NCBI GenBank assembly: GCA_964593365.1
Contig: CAZQGQ010000001.1
Coordinates: forward strand, 178,384 to 242,383
Source: an uncultured Candidatus Saccharibacteria bacterium
GTDB lineage: Bacteria > Patescibacteriota > Minisyncoccia > Phycocordibacterales > Phycocordibacteraceae
Direction: 5' to 3'
Length of the DNA stretch: 64,000 nucleotides
Positions 46,990-56,639 of this stretch are shown here, piece after piece (positions within the stretch are counted from its first letter, which is position 1; each line of letters begins with the position of its first letter). Under the pieces are notes generated by a model. The model saw nothing but the letters and a program-made list of their open reading frames with translations, did not search any database and was not told the origin of the DNA. The translations under genes were made by a program, and so were the position numbers.

Positions 46990-47532
46990 ATGAAAGAAGG
47001 CCATGTCATTTTCGATTTCGACCTCACGATTTGCTCTCTTGTAACAGACTGGGTTGAATGGCGAAAAGGAGTATGGAAACTTGTTAAAGAATTTGATCCT
47101 TCCTCTAATTACGAAGTAGAACAAATCAGGCATGCAACTCAGAACGATCTCATACATAAGTATGGTCTGGTCTTTAAAGCGCAGCTCGATAAAGCCAATG
47201 AAGAGCTCGAGCTGAAGTATATCGAGGGTTTTCTACCTAACGAAAAAGTAGTGGATTTCATACGAACCACAGATAAGAATCTTTACGTCTGGTCCTCTAA
47301 TTCGCGTGCAACTGTAGTGAAGCATCTGCAAGCTCTTGGCATAGAAGATAAGTTCCAGAAGATAGTGGCGCGAGAGCATGTGCATCTACTCAAGCCATCT
47401 CCTGAAGGCTTTTCCTTAATTTATAGTCCCCACAATATGTTAAAAGAGTACGTCCTCGTTGGCGATAGTGCATCGGATGCGAACGCAGCCTTAAATGCTG
47501 GAATTCGCTTTTTGCAGGTTGATTCCTTCTAA
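46990..47532 (+). CDS. HAD-superfamily hydrolase
   Basis: 'FDFDLT' motif I and 'VGDSASDANAALNAG' motif IV. Confidence 0.65.
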   Translation: MKEGHVIFDFDLTICSLVTDWVEWRKGVWKLVKEFDPSSNYEVEQIRHATQNDLIHKYGLVFKAQLDKANEELELKYIEGFLPNEKVVDFIRTTDKNLYVWSSNSRATVVKHLQALGIEDKFQKIVAREHVHLLKPSPEGFSLIYSPHNMLKEYVLVGDSASDANAALNAGIRFLQVDSF

Positions 47533-47598
47533 CCAGGCTCCAACATCGTCCAGCCAGCCAACTTGAGGCAGGCTCAGTGTCTAAGGTCGATGGTCTCG

Positions 47599-48699
47599 TC
47601 ATTCAGCTACTTCTGTCGGTGGAGCAGGAACTCTCGCTATTGCTTCCTCAAGAGCGTTATTAATCTGTTCAAGGATAGTCACAGCAGAACCAGAGCTTCC
47701 TATCGCATCCTCGCCTCGTATGGCAAAGGTCGATTTAGCCACCTTGAAATGAGTGAGTCTGAATTTGCGCAGGAATAGAAGACACTTTCGTAAAGATTGT
47801 GCCGATGCATTCTCTCCACCATGTCCATGCTGTAGCAGCTTTGATAGCGCAGAAGGCTTACCTAAAAGCTGTGCTGCAAACTCTCTGTATACGCGGGGGC
47901 CATTAGCAGCGCTGTGGGTAATATGCGAGTTGTACCACTCCTGGTTGGAATCTGAGCTCCAGAGAAGTAGGTCAACGAGATATATAGGGACTTGCGCACC
48001 TCCAGGGCCAAAGTATTCCTTACCTTCGAACTTGATAGGATCTGAATAGGGTCGGATGCTGTTCATGAATACGTCAGGCGGAATATTGCGCGCCTCTCGC
48101 ATGCCCTCGACCATTCCTCCAAGTCCGGTAACGATTTTCTCGCAAAGAGAGACGTACTCTGCCGAGTTCTCAGGCGTGCGGCTGAGCTGTTCAGCACTCT
48201 CGATCGCTAGGAATAACGAATCCATACCTATCTGGAAACCACGAAGAAGCGCACGTTCATGCTCGCTACTTGAGAAGGTACGCAGGCGCTCACCAGGCGG
48301 ATTTCTAAAGATGTAGGTATATACGGAATCACGCGGTGATTCTCCAGTTAGTTCTATGAGCCGGCGAGCTGTATCCCGTATTTCCGGATGGGCTTCAATA
48401 TCGACACCGCGTACGCCAAGAGCAGTTGTTAGGAAGCAGAAATCGCGATGCACAGCGAAGAGCTGTTCTCGGGTATGAGGACTCGCGAGGAATGCGTCAG
48501 TGCGCTTAGAAAGGGATATCGCTTCTTGCAGGAGCTCCTCCATATTTCTTGACTCATTGAGCTCCCGGAAGCGGGTTTTGAAAAACTCGTCTGCCTCAAG
48601 CGGGTCATATTCTCGAACACGCTCATCAAAATTCACCCATTCGTTGATTTGCTCAACGTTGTTTTTGGGTTTATTGGAGCCTGCTTCAGGATCAATCAT
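47599..48699 (-). CDS. hypothetical protein (366 aa)
   Basis: Low-GC; no confident family match (faint resemblance to PrnB/IDO-like helical proteins). Confidence 0.4.
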   Translation of the reverse strand: MIDPEAGSNKPKNNVEQINEWVNFDERVREYDPLEADEFFKTRFRELNESRNMEELLQEAISLSKRTDAFLASPHTREQLFAVHRDFCFLTTALGVRGVDIEAHPEIRDTARRLIELTGESPRDSVYTYIFRNPPGERLRTFSSSEHERALLRGFQIGMDSLFLAIESAEQLSRTPENSAEYVSLCEKIVTGLGGMVEGMREARNIPPDVFMNSIRPYSDPIKFEGKEYFGPGGAQVPIYLVDLLLWSSDSNQEWYNSHITHSAANGPRVYREFAAQLLGKPSALSKLLQHGHGGENASAQSLRKCLLFLRKFRLTHFKVAKSTFAIRGEDAIGSSGSAVTILEQINNALEEAIARVPAPPTEVAE

Positions 48700-48812
48700 T
48701 GGGGCAATAATACCATTTCAAAATAAAGGACAAACCTCGTACATTGGCCACCTAGACAGAGCCTGGCATAGATTGCATTTGGGTTCCACCATCGTCCCAG
48801 ACAGCCAGCAAG

Positions 48813-49250
48813 GTGCTGTATTCTAAATACATGGATATTTTTGAAGAAGTACGAAAGCAGAACTTCCCATCAGGGCACTACATAGTCGTTGGAAGCGGCA
48901 TTATGGTTGTAAAAGGAATTAGAGATACACAGGATCTAGATATTGTAGTTTCAGAAGCATTATTTGAGCAGTGTAAGGCTGAAGGCTGGGAAACCCATGA
49001 ATGGACCAAGGCTCATATTCCCGGTAAACCCTGGCTTAGAAAAGGAAACGTGGAGCTCTACATTGAGATCAGTAGAAAAACGGGCGGCATACCTCTCGAA
49101 GGTCTTCTAGCCGAAGCAGAAGTAATTCAAGGAATACCGTTCATTACCTTAGAAAGACTCATAGATTTTAAAAAAGAGTACGGTCGTCAGAAAGATTTTG
49201 AGGATATAGAAATGATCGAGCAGTATTTAAGAAATACTCAAAGTTCTTAG
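48813..49250 (+). CDS. hypothetical protein
   Basis: GTG start at 48813 (ATG alternative at 48831); unknown function. Confidence 0.4.
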   Translation: MLYSKYMDIFEEVRKQNFPSGHYIVVGSGIMVVKGIRDTQDLDIVVSEALFEQCKAEGWETHEWTKAHIPGKPWLRKGNVELYIEISRKTGGIPLEGLLAEAEVIQGIPFITLERLIDFKKEYGRQKDFEDIEMIEQYLRNTQSS

Positions 49251-49298
49251 AACAGCTCCAGCATCGCCTCAGCCACCCGGCGGGGGTATAATTTCTAT

Positions 49299-49706
49299 AT
49301 GCAAAAGGTTGTTAGGAAGGTCACTTTCGCAGACGTAGTAGTGGCTATTCTGTTTCTCGTAAGCCCGGTGGCTGGTATTTATTTCAGAACCCTGAGAGCG
49401 ATATATTTTGACTACTACACGGGGCTTATAAATGACCCTGGCCATCGATGGGTAGCAACCTTCAATAAGATTCTCGTCATTCTCGTCGCTGCTGGCACTG
49501 CAATTTTATACAATCTCAACCGTGACAATCCTTCAAACTGGATCTCCTATTTCAGCGACGACGTGTTCCTTAACATGGCTTTTGCTCAGACTGCTGGCTG
49601 GCCAAGCTTCTTCATCCTCTATGCGCTTTCGGCGATGTTGTATTTCTATGGGAAGTATAGAGACGTTCTTATCAGGAAAATAAACGAGAATGCCAAAGTC
49701 TGGTAG
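49299..49706 (+). CDS. hypothetical membrane protein (4 TM)
   Basis: Hydrophobic 135-aa ORF. Confidence 0.4.
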   Translation: MQKVVRKVTFADVVVAILFLVSPVAGIYFRTLRAIYFDYYTGLINDPGHRWVATFNKILVILVAAGTAILYNLNRDNPSNWISYFSDDVFLNMAFAQTAGWPSFFILYALSAMLYFYGKYRDVLIRKINENAKVW

Positions 49707-49755
49707 TAGATGTAAACGTCGTTCCCGAGAGACAACAGCCTGTTAGTATGACCAC

Positions 49756-50223
49756 ATGGTTTCCCTTTGCTCGATGAAGAATATTCTAATCACAGCCGCA
49801 GCACTCATTCTCGTCGGAGGCGCTGCTTACTTCCTTACGCAGGAAGAGTCGCAGGTTCCGCCTACAGACATGCCTGCACCCGAGCAGACTCGCGGTGCGC
49901 CAGTATTCAAGTGGTCTTTTGAAGAGGGTGAAGAGGAAGGCATTCAGCAGACGAGCATCAGCCTCACCGCGACCTACGAGAATGGTACATCTGACACCAA
50001 GCTCATTGCCGCGATAGAAGGAGGCTGCAACAGCTACGAGAATGCGGATAGCGACGTATACGAGCACTCTACAATGATCATCTGCTACTACGCTGGGCTT
50101 GGCCGGTACTTCAAAGTGATTGAGGACGGGGAAGGATATGTTGTCCAGCAGCGGATGTTCGAGGAAGCATCACCTGATTACAATCCGCCACAGCGTCCCT
50201 ACGAAAATCTCACGCGATTCTAG
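49756..50223 (+). CDS. secreted hypothetical protein
   Basis: Signal peptide/anchor then a Cys-containing domain. Confidence 0.4.
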   Translation: MVSLCSMKNILITAAALILVGGAAYFLTQEESQVPPTDMPAPEQTRGAPVFKWSFEEGEEEGIQQTSISLTATYENGTSDTKLIAAIEGGCNSYENADSDVYEHSTMIICYYAGLGRYFKVIEDGEGYVVQQRMFEEASPDYNPPQRPYENLTRF

Positions 50224-50226
50224 CCT

Positions 50227-50589
50227 CTACTTTCGCAAGATCTTCTCCATCGCCTTTCCTTTGGCCAGTTCGTCGATGAGCTTATCCAAATAGCGAATTG
50301 CCTGCATGGTCGGCTCCTTGATATCTTCCACTCGAACGCCACATACGACGCCTGTTATCAGGGCGCGTGAAGGATTGAGCTTCGGAGCTTCCGCAAAGAA
50401 CGTTTCAAAATCTACTTTCTTCTTTATCTGAGCTCCGAGCTCCTTCTGGCTATAGCCTGTCAGCCAACGAATAGCCTCATCGACTTCTTTCTTCGTACGT
50501 CCTTTTCTCTCTGCCTTAGTGACATACAAGGGATAAACGCTCGCAAAACTCATTGTAAAGATTCGATGTTTTGCCGTTGTGTTCTTCAT
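50227..50589 (-). CDS. DUF2200-family protein
   Basis: '[37 protein letters not shown]' matches the DUF2200 core. Confidence 0.6.
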   Translation of the reverse strand: MKNTTAKHRIFTMSFASVYPLYVTKAERKGRTKKEVDEAIRWLTGYSQKELGAQIKKKVDFETFFAEAPKLNPSRALITGVVCGVRVEDIKEPTMQAIRYLDKLIDELAKGKAMEKILRK

Positions 50590-50643
50590 GGTCTTGATGA
50601 AAGGCTAGCACGAAGGTGTACCTGCATCCACCAAACAATCGTC

Positions 50644-50922
50644 ATGCTACGATTTGCCTACGACATGCCTGCGTATTTCGTCTATCTCCTTGAATGCAGC
50701 GACGGGAGTATCTACACCGGTATCGCAACTGACGTTGCACGAAGGTTTCAGGAGCACCAAAAGGGCATCGGTAGCCACTTCACGCGTGCTCGGAAAGTGA
50801 AGAACGTGTTATACACGGAAAAGCACCCGACTCGAAGCTCGGCCTTGAAACGAGAGTATGAAATAAAGGGCTGGACGAGAAAGAAGAAGCTCCTCCTAGT
50901 GCAGCAAGGCGGACCCGCATAA
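50644..50922 (+). CDS. GIY-YIG nuclease superfamily protein (UPF0213/YhbQ-like)
   Basis: 'YFVYLLECSDGSIYTGIATDVARRFQEH' GIY..YTG..R..E motif. Confidence 0.65.
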   Translation: MLRFAYDMPAYFVYLLECSDGSIYTGIATDVARRFQEHQKGIGSHFTRARKVKNVLYTEKHPTRSSALKREYEIKGWTRKKKLLLVQQGGPA

Positions 50923-50969
50923 GGCTCATTTGATATACTTGGAGGAAGTTACATATAACCTCTATCCCT

Positions 50970-51455
50970 ATGCAAAAGATCACTCCCAACCTCTGGTTCG
51001 ATACTCAGGCGGAAGAAGCCGCGAACTTCTATGCTTCTTTGTTCAAGGATTCAAAAATCGGAAGGATAAGCCACTACGACGAAGCGAGCGCAAAGGTTTC
51101 TGGAATGCCCGCGGGCTCGGTTCTCGCGGTCGAATTTGAGCTTCAGGGGCAGCAGTTTGTCGGCATAAACGGCGGACCGGTGTTTAAATTCAACGAGGCC
51201 GTATCGTTTGCGATCGACTGCAAGGACCAGGAAGAAGTGGATTACTTCTGGGAAAAGCTCACCGCAGGAGGAGGAGAGGAGAGTGTCTGCGGATGGCTCA
51301 AGGACAAGTATGGCGTATCGTGGCAGGTAACCCCGACGATACTCAACGAAATGCTTGCGGATAAGGATCAGGTAAAGGCAGGACGAGCAATGAAGGCGAT
51401 GCTGGAGATGAAGAAGATCGACATTGCAAAGCTAGAAGAGGCCTTCGAGGGATAA
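50970..51455 (+). CDS. VOC-family protein (PhnB / 3-demethylubiquinone-9 methyltransferase-domain-like)
   Basis: 'ITPNLWFDTQAEEAANFY' and 'YGVSWQV' typical of PhnB-like glyoxalase-fold proteins. Confidence 0.7.
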   Translation: MQKITPNLWFDTQAEEAANFYASLFKDSKIGRISHYDEASAKVSGMPAGSVLAVEFELQGQQFVGINGGPVFKFNEAVSFAIDCKDQEEVDYFWEKLTAGGGEESVCGWLKDKYGVSWQVTPTILNEMLADKDQVKAGRAMKAMLEMKKIDIAKLEEAFEG

Positions 51456-51472
51456 GTGCTAAACTGGGCAGC

Positions 51473-51862
51473 ATGAAGAAACTCATCATCGCGGTGCTAG
51501 TTCTGGCTGCCCTTGTCGCGCTCTTTTACGCCTTTAACGCGTATATCTACAACGAAAAGCAAGCAGACACCTCAATCTATTCCTTTGGTTCCTACGGCTA
51601 CCGCTGCGGCGACGGAACGGAATTCACCATGTCACCCTCAGAAGACATGGAGAGCATCCTCCTTATCCCAGCCACGAGCGTCGAGCGCATTCCTGAAACG
51701 ATCATCTCACGAACTGAAAGCGAGACCGGAGCGCGCTATGAAGGGAACGGCATCGTCTTCCACGCCCATGGGGAGACGGTAGCTCTCTCGACTGATGAGT
51801 TTGAGACGACCTGCCTTCCGATGACAAGTCAGGACGAAGCTCCGTTTAACTTTGGCGACTAG
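51473..51862 (+). CDS. MliC-like lipoprotein (membrane-bound lysozyme inhibitor family)
   Basis: Signal/anchor, then 'YRCGDG..' and 'TGARYEGNG..' with a second Cys (MliC pattern). Confidence 0.5.
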   Translation: MKKLIIAVLVLAALVALFYAFNAYIYNEKQADTSIYSFGSYGYRCGDGTEFTMSPSEDMESILLIPATSVERIPETIISRTESETGARYEGNGIVFHAHGETVALSTDEFETTCLPMTSQDEAPFNFGD

Positions 51863-52404
51863 GAGGCGCTTTGCAGAAGCTGCGCAAACTCCTTCTGCAC
51901 CTTCTGAAGCTTGGGGGCGATGATCACTTGGCAGTATCCCTGCGACGTATTCCGTTCGTAGTAATCCTTGTGGTATTCCTCAGCAGGGAAGAAGCGTTTC
52001 AAAGGCTCAACTGTCGTCACGATCGGATCACCCTCAGCAGCTGACGCTTCAAGCTCAGCGATGAATGTCTCTGCTTCGGTCTTTTGCTCAGCAGAGGTAG
52101 AGAAGATAACGGAGCGATACTGCGTCCCCACATCATTCCCTTGTCGGTTTAATTGCGTCGCATCATGGGAGGCGAAGAAGATGGTAAGAAGGGTCCGGTA
52201 GGAGACCTGGTCGGGATTGTATTGCAAACGTATTACCTCAACGTGATCGGTATCTCCTCGAGACACTTCTTCATACGTTGGATTGTCGGTGCGGCCTCCT
52301 GCATATCCAGGCTCGACTGAAGAGACGCCGCGAAGCATTTTGAAGACCGCTTCGGTGCACCAGAAGCACCCGCCTCCAAATACTGCTGTCTGAAGTTTAG
52401 CCAT
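51859..52404 (-). CDS. msrA: peptide methionine sulfoxide reductase MsrA
   Basis: 'AVFGGGCFWCTEAVF' active site; start at M8. Confidence 0.9.
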   Translation of the reverse strand: MAKLQTAVFGGGCFWCTEAVFKMLRGVSSVEPGYAGGRTDNPTYEEVSRGDTDHVEVIRLQYNPDQVSYRTLLTIFFASHDATQLNRQGNDVGTQYRSVIFSTSAEQKTEAETFIAELEASAAEGDPIVTTVEPLKRFFPAEEYHKDYYERNTSQGYCQVIIAPKLQKVQKEFAQLLQSAS

Positions 52405-52408
52405 GCAC

Positions 52409-52816
52409 TTAGGCTTTCTTCTCAAAAGCTAAGCAGACGGAATTGATGCAATAGCGCTTGCCTCCTTTTTCTTCAGGCCCGTCATTAAAGAGATGCCCCA
52501 AGTGCCCTCCGCATTTCTTGCAAAATACCTCAGTGCGGCGCATGCCAAAGGAATCGTCGAAGCGAGTGCCTACGTTTTCTGCGACTGCGGGATCCGTAAA
52601 GGAAGGCCAGCCGCTGCCAGAATCAAACTTCGTGTCAGACGAAAATAGCATGTTGCCGCAAGCGCGGCAGTGATACATGCCTGCTTCCTTGTTATCTATA
52701 TATTTCCCTGAGAAGGGAGCTTCGGTCCCATGCTCTCGAAGCACTTCGTATTCCTCCGGGGAAAGCTCTTTCTGCCATTCTTCTTCAGACTTCTGGACAG
52801 GTTCCATACGCCCCAT
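52409..52816 (-). CDS. msrB: peptide methionine sulfoxide reductase MsrB
   Basis: Two CxxC zinc sites and the catalytic 'RTEVFCKKCGGHLGHLF' motif; start at M52 of the annotated ORF. Confidence 0.9.
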   Translation of the reverse strand: MGRMEPVQKSEEEWQKELSPEEYEVLREHGTEAPFSGKYIDNKEAGMYHCRACGNMLFSSDTKFDSGSGWPSFTDPAVAENVGTRFDDSFGMRRTEVFCKKCGGHLGHLFNDGPEEKGGKRYCINSVCLAFEKKA

Positions 52817-52835
52817 GATACTATATCGAGCATCG

Positions 52836-53285
52836 ATGGCTAAGAAATATCTCATCGCGCTCGTTCTCGCGCTTGCGTTCCTCGGCCTTCTCGACTCCTG
52901 GTATCTTGCCCAGAGCGCTGTCTCAAATAGCCCCATTGTCTGCGACATAGACGGGTTAAACGACTGCAATACCGTCGCGCAAAGCCCGTACTCAAAACTC
53001 CTCGGTATTCCGCTTGCTGTCTACGGCATAGTCTTTTACGGGGCGCTCATACTCGTTTCCGTTATGCTGCTTCGCCTCGAGACCCGAAAGCTCTATCAGG
53101 TACATATGGCAGTAGCCGGAATAGGTGCTCTCGCTTCCGTCTACTTCATTTTCGTCCAGATGACCCTTATCCGGGCCTTCTGCATCTACTGCATCGCGTC
53201 AGCCGTCATAAGCTTTGTGGTCTTAGGCCTTTCCCTCTACCTCTATCGCCGTTTCGCCCCGCAACTGCCTGCTGTGGTACCATAG
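52836..53285 (+). CDS. vitamin K epoxide reductase (VKOR) family protein
   Basis: 4 TM, loop Cys pair 'CDIDGLNDC' and active-site 'CIYC'; start moved to ATG 52836. Confidence 0.7.
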   Translation: MAKKYLIALVLALAFLGLLDSWYLAQSAVSNSPIVCDIDGLNDCNTVAQSPYSKLLGIPLAVYGIVFYGALILVSVMLLRLETRKLYQVHMAVAGIGALASVYFIFVQMTLIRAFCIYCIASAVISFVVLGLSLYLYRRFAPQLPAVVP

Positions 53286-53289
53286 CTTC

Positions 53290-54426
53290 ATGAGAGCGTG
53301 CCTCCTTCTTCTGGCGCTCATATCGCTTCCAGCGTCTTCGTTTGCGGCGACCGTGAGTGCGGACCGTTCCGTAGATATCTCCGTTTCTCCTTCAGACAAC
53401 GCCTACCTTGCCGGAGGTGATGTACGTATCCAGGCACCGCTTCCCGCTGACCTTCTCGCTGCCGCAGCAACGCTCCGGATCCTTGCTCCTGTGGGCGGGG
53501 ACATCTTCGTCGTTGGCGGGACCATCGAGCTTGGAGCCCCTGCTGCAGGGGATATGCGCGCGGCTGGCGGCCACATCGTCATAAACGACATGGTCACAGG
53601 GGACCTTGCGGCGCTCGGTGCCTTCGTGAAGGTCATCGGGCAAACGGGCAATGTGAACGTCGCTGGAGGGACAGTAGAGCTTCTTGGAGGATCGCATGGA
53701 GCGGTGAACGCTTACGGAGGAACGGTAACGCTTGCAGGAACCTATGACGGGAACGTGCACGTGGTCGCTTCCGACCGGATCATCGTCAGCGACAATACAG
53801 TGATCCGGGGCGTACTTGAATACAACGCGCCTCAGGAAGCCCAGCTACCTGAATCAGCGATCGTCGAAGGGGGCGTTCGCTATGTAGGCTCGGCATCGTT
53901 CTTGCCGACTGCAGAAGAAGCGCAGGCCTTTGCGCTTGCAGGAGTTGGCATATTCCTCGTTGTCCGTCTCCTTGCCTTCATGCTCGTTGCCGGACTTCTG
54001 ACCGGGCTCTTCCCAACCTTCGCTCGAAGGCTCGTGGACGAGACGCTCGCGCATTCGTTCGAGGGCTTTATGAAAGTAACGGCAATCGGCCTCATCCTCA
54101 CTGTCGTTACGCCACTCATCATCCTGCTCCTCCTCGTCTCCTTCGTCGGGATGGGCGTCGCGCTCTTGCTTGGTGCCGCGTATGCGCTTCTCTTGGTGCT
54201 CGGCTATCTGTACGCCGCAACGCTTGCAGGAAGCATGGTCGCGCGAAAAGTATTCAAGCGAGATACGGTTTTGTGGAGGGACGCGGTGATCGGCGTTGTG
54301 ATTTTATACGTGATCGGCATGATTCCCGTCATAGGCTTTGTTATCTCCTTCGTGCTTGCGGCAGCGGCCCTTGGCGCGCTCGCTTCCTTGTTCTACTCCT
54401 TTGCATATAAGCGAGATGACGTCTAA
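53290..54426 (+). CDS. secreted/membrane protein with bactofilin-like beta-helical repeats and a C-terminal 4-TM domain
   Basis: Signal peptide; many 'GG.V.V.G' repeats; hydrophobic C-terminal third. Confidence 0.4.
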   Translation: MRACLLLLALISLPASSFAATVSADRSVDISVSPSDNAYLAGGDVRIQAPLPADLLAAAATLRILAPVGGDIFVVGGTIELGAPAAGDMRAAGGHIVINDMVTGDLAALGAFVKVIGQTGNVNVAGGTVELLGGSHGAVNAYGGTVTLAGTYDGNVHVVASDRIIVSDNTVIRGVLEYNAPQEAQLPESAIVEGGVRYVGSASFLPTAEEAQAFALAGVGIFLVVRLLAFMLVAGLLTGLFPTFARRLVDETLAHSFEGFMKVTAIGLILTVVTPLIILLLLVSFVGMGVALLLGAAYALLLVLGYLYAATLAGSMVARKVFKRDTVLWRDAVIGVVILYVIGMIPVIGFVISFVLAAAALGALASLFYSFAYKRDDV

Positions 54427-55087
54427 GAACGTACCTGACGAACGGAAGAAGCGTGCGCTAGCGATCGTTCGCTACCTCAAGAAAGCGTACCCCGACCCCG
54501 CAACCGAGCTCCACTACCAGACACCGTTCCAGCTCGTTGCGGCGGTCATGCTTTCGGCCCAGTGCACGGACAAGAACGTGAACCGCGTTACCGCAACGCT
54601 CTGGAAGAAGTACAAGTCGATCGATGACTTTGCCGCAGCAAATCTCACGACGCTTACTAAAGAACTCTCTTCGATTCCGTTTTATAGAAATAAGGCGAAG
54701 GCGATCAAGGGAGCCGCTACGAAGATCAACGAGTCCTTCAAAGGAAAGGTCCCGAAGACCGAAGCCGAGCTCGTCTCGCTTCCCGGGATCGGGTACAAGA
54801 CCGCGCACGTGGTCTTGGGAGAGCTCTTTGATCAGTGGGAAGGAATTCCAACCGACACGCATGTGAGGCGCTTCGCGCTTCGTTTTGAGCTGACGAAACA
54901 GACCGACCTCACGAAGACCTCCAAGGACCTCGAGGCTCTTATCCCGAAGAAAGACTGGAGGTACGTGAATAACGGCCTGGTGCTCTATGGCCGCTACGTG
55001 TGCTCTGCGCGTCCCCACGACTGCCTTGCGCACCCACTCACTAAGCTCTATCCGAAGGCTGCCAGCATTTGGCCTAAGGCAAAATAA
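54416..55087 (+). CDS. nth: endonuclease III
   Basis: HhH-GPD fold ('LPGIGYKTAHVV') with a C-terminal [4Fe-4S] Cys cluster ('C..ARPHDC'). Confidence 0.85.
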   Translation: MTSKNVPDERKKRALAIVRYLKKAYPDPATELHYQTPFQLVAAVMLSAQCTDKNVNRVTATLWKKYKSIDDFAAANLTTLTKELSSIPFYRNKAKAIKGAATKINESFKGKVPKTEAELVSLPGIGYKTAHVVLGELFDQWEGIPTDTHVRRFALRFELTKQTDLTKTSKDLEALIPKKDWRYVNNGLVLYGRYVCSARPHDCLAHPLTKLYPKAASIWPKAK

Positions 55088-55103
55088 CGGTAGGATAAGG
55101 GTA

Positions 55104-55793
55104 ATGGAAAAGCGTCCGGTAGCAGTGTTTGATATAGACGGGACTGTCTTCCGCTCATCATTGTTTCTTGAACTTCTAAAACGGCTCGTAAAGAAAGGAG
55201 TGCTCCCGGCTGATTTCAAGGAAGCATACGAACAGGAACGATTGCGGTGGATGGATCGCCAAGGAGACTATGAGGTGTATGTTGCGAAAGCGGTGCAAGC
55301 CTTCGTTTCCAATATCAAAGGCATTTCATACGAAGAGGTCGCGGATATCGCAGGGGAGATAATCGAAGAGAAGAAGAATCGCGTCTACCGCTATACGCGG
55401 GATCTGGTGCGCGAGCTAAAAGGGAAAGGATACTTCTTGCTTGCGATCTCGCATTCGCCGCGCTTCATCGTCGACGGCTTCTGCCACGAAGCAGGATTCG
55501 ATAAGACGTACGGCTTTTTCTACGAGACGGGGCCTTCAGGGAATTTCACAGGAGAAGTAGCAGACGTCGATGTCATCAATAATAAGGCAGCCATTCTTCA
55601 GCGCGCTGTGCGCAAAGAAGAACTGACGCTCGAAGGCTCGGTTGGAGTAGGAGACACGGAAAGCGATATCCCGATGCTTGAGATGGTAGAGACCCCAATC
55701 GCATTCAACCCAAACCAAAAGCTTTTGGATCACGCCAAAAAGCGAGGATGGAAAGTGGTCGTTGAGCGCAAGGATGTCATTTACGAGCTCTAA
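55104..55793 (+). CDS. HAD-IB family phosphatase (phosphoserine-phosphatase-like)
   Basis: 'VAVFDIDGTV' motif I and 'VGDTESDIPML' motif IV. Confidence 0.65.
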   Translation: MEKRPVAVFDIDGTVFRSSLFLELLKRLVKKGVLPADFKEAYEQERLRWMDRQGDYEVYVAKAVQAFVSNIKGISYEEVADIAGEIIEEKKNRVYRYTRDLVRELKGKGYFLLAISHSPRFIVDGFCHEAGFDKTYGFFYETGPSGNFTGEVADVDVINNKAAILQRAVRKEELTLEGSVGVGDTESDIPMLEMVETPIAFNPNQKLLDHAKKRGWKVVVERKDVIYEL

Positions 55794-56592
55794 GCTAGCG
55801 TCCTTCCGAAAGACGGTGTGGGATCACTCTAAAGCGCATGGCAGGCATGCGCTTCCATGGCGAGCGACCACAGACCCGTACAAGGTTCTGGTGTCAGAAA
55901 TCATGCTCCAGCAGACGCAGGTAGAGCGCGTCATCCCGTACTACCAGGCCTGGCTGAAGCGGTTCCCGAACGTGAGCTCACTCGCACAAGCTCCTCTTAG
56001 TGACGTTCTTCGCTTGTGGCAGGGGCTCGGCTATAACCGCCGCGCAAAGAACCTGCATGCGGCCGCGAAGGCAATCGCGAAAGGCGGCGCATTCCCGAAG
56101 ACTGTTTCCGAACTTGAAGCGCTCCCTGGCATCGGCCCCTATACGGCCAAGGCAGTGGCAGCATTTGCATACAACCAAGACGTTACTTTTGTCGAAACGA
56201 ATATACGCACAGTGATAACGCATCATTTCTTCCCACAAAAGAAAATTGTGGAAGACAGGGAGATTGAAGCTGTCCTTTCCAAGGCTCTGCCGAAAGGAAA
56301 GTCGCGCGAGTGGTACGGGGCGCTTATGGATTATGGAAGCCATCTAAAGCGTTCAGGAATTAAGTTGAACGCAAAAGCCAAAGGCTACACGAAGCAATCC
56401 AGGTTCGAGGGCTCTGCACGCCAAGCACGCGGCATGATCTTGAAGGCGCTCGTTAAAGGCGGACGTTCAGGAGAATTTCTCGTGGATCTGTTAGGAACCA
56501 AGCGACGGATGCAGATGAAAAGCCAGATCGCGATCCTCACGAAAGAAGGGATGGTAGAGCTTTCTAAGGGAAAGTTTAGACTTCCTAGATAA
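55774..56592 (+). CDS. HhH-GPD DNA glycosylase, MutY/adenine-glycosylase-like N-terminal domain (no NUDIX, no Fe-S Cys cluster seen)
   Basis: 'LVSEIMLQQTQV', 'LPGIGPYTAKAVAAFAY'; terminator at 56596-56624. Confidence 0.6.
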   Translation: MSFTSSKLASFRKTVWDHSKAHGRHALPWRATTDPYKVLVSEIMLQQTQVERVIPYYQAWLKRFPNVSSLAQAPLSDVLRLWQGLGYNRRAKNLHAAAKAIAKGGAFPKTVSELEALPGIGPYTAKAVAAFAYNQDVTFVETNIRTVITHHFFPQKKIVEDREIEAVLSKALPKGKSREWYGALMDYGSHLKRSGIKLNAKAKGYTKQSRFEGSARQARGMILKALVKGGRSGEFLVDLLGTKRRMQMKSQIAILTKEGMVELSKGKFRLPR

Positions 56593-56639
56593 ACGCAAAC
56601 CGCCGCTTTTTAAAGCGGCGGTTGCTCTACAGTTTCTTC

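Larger units (their letters stand above)
46945..49290 (+). repeat. family of ~28-nt intergenic motifs (consensus yTCCAaCATCGTCCcAGAsAGCCAGCAA) found four times between consecutive low-GC genes
   Basis: Copies at 46947-46975, 47538-47565, 48784-48813 and 49266-49290; a related copy at 5050-5065 and a weak one at 50627-50643. Confidence 0.6.

Noticed and set aside
46945-49290. Interpretation of the intergenic motif as bona fide integron attC sites
   Set aside because: Its 5' end (yTCCAAC) is only one position off the attC R'' core RYYYAAC. No downstream R' core (GTTRRRY) or extended bulged inverted repeat could be found by eye, and no IntI-like gene is in the window. It is kept as a repeat family of unknown function, not called an integron.
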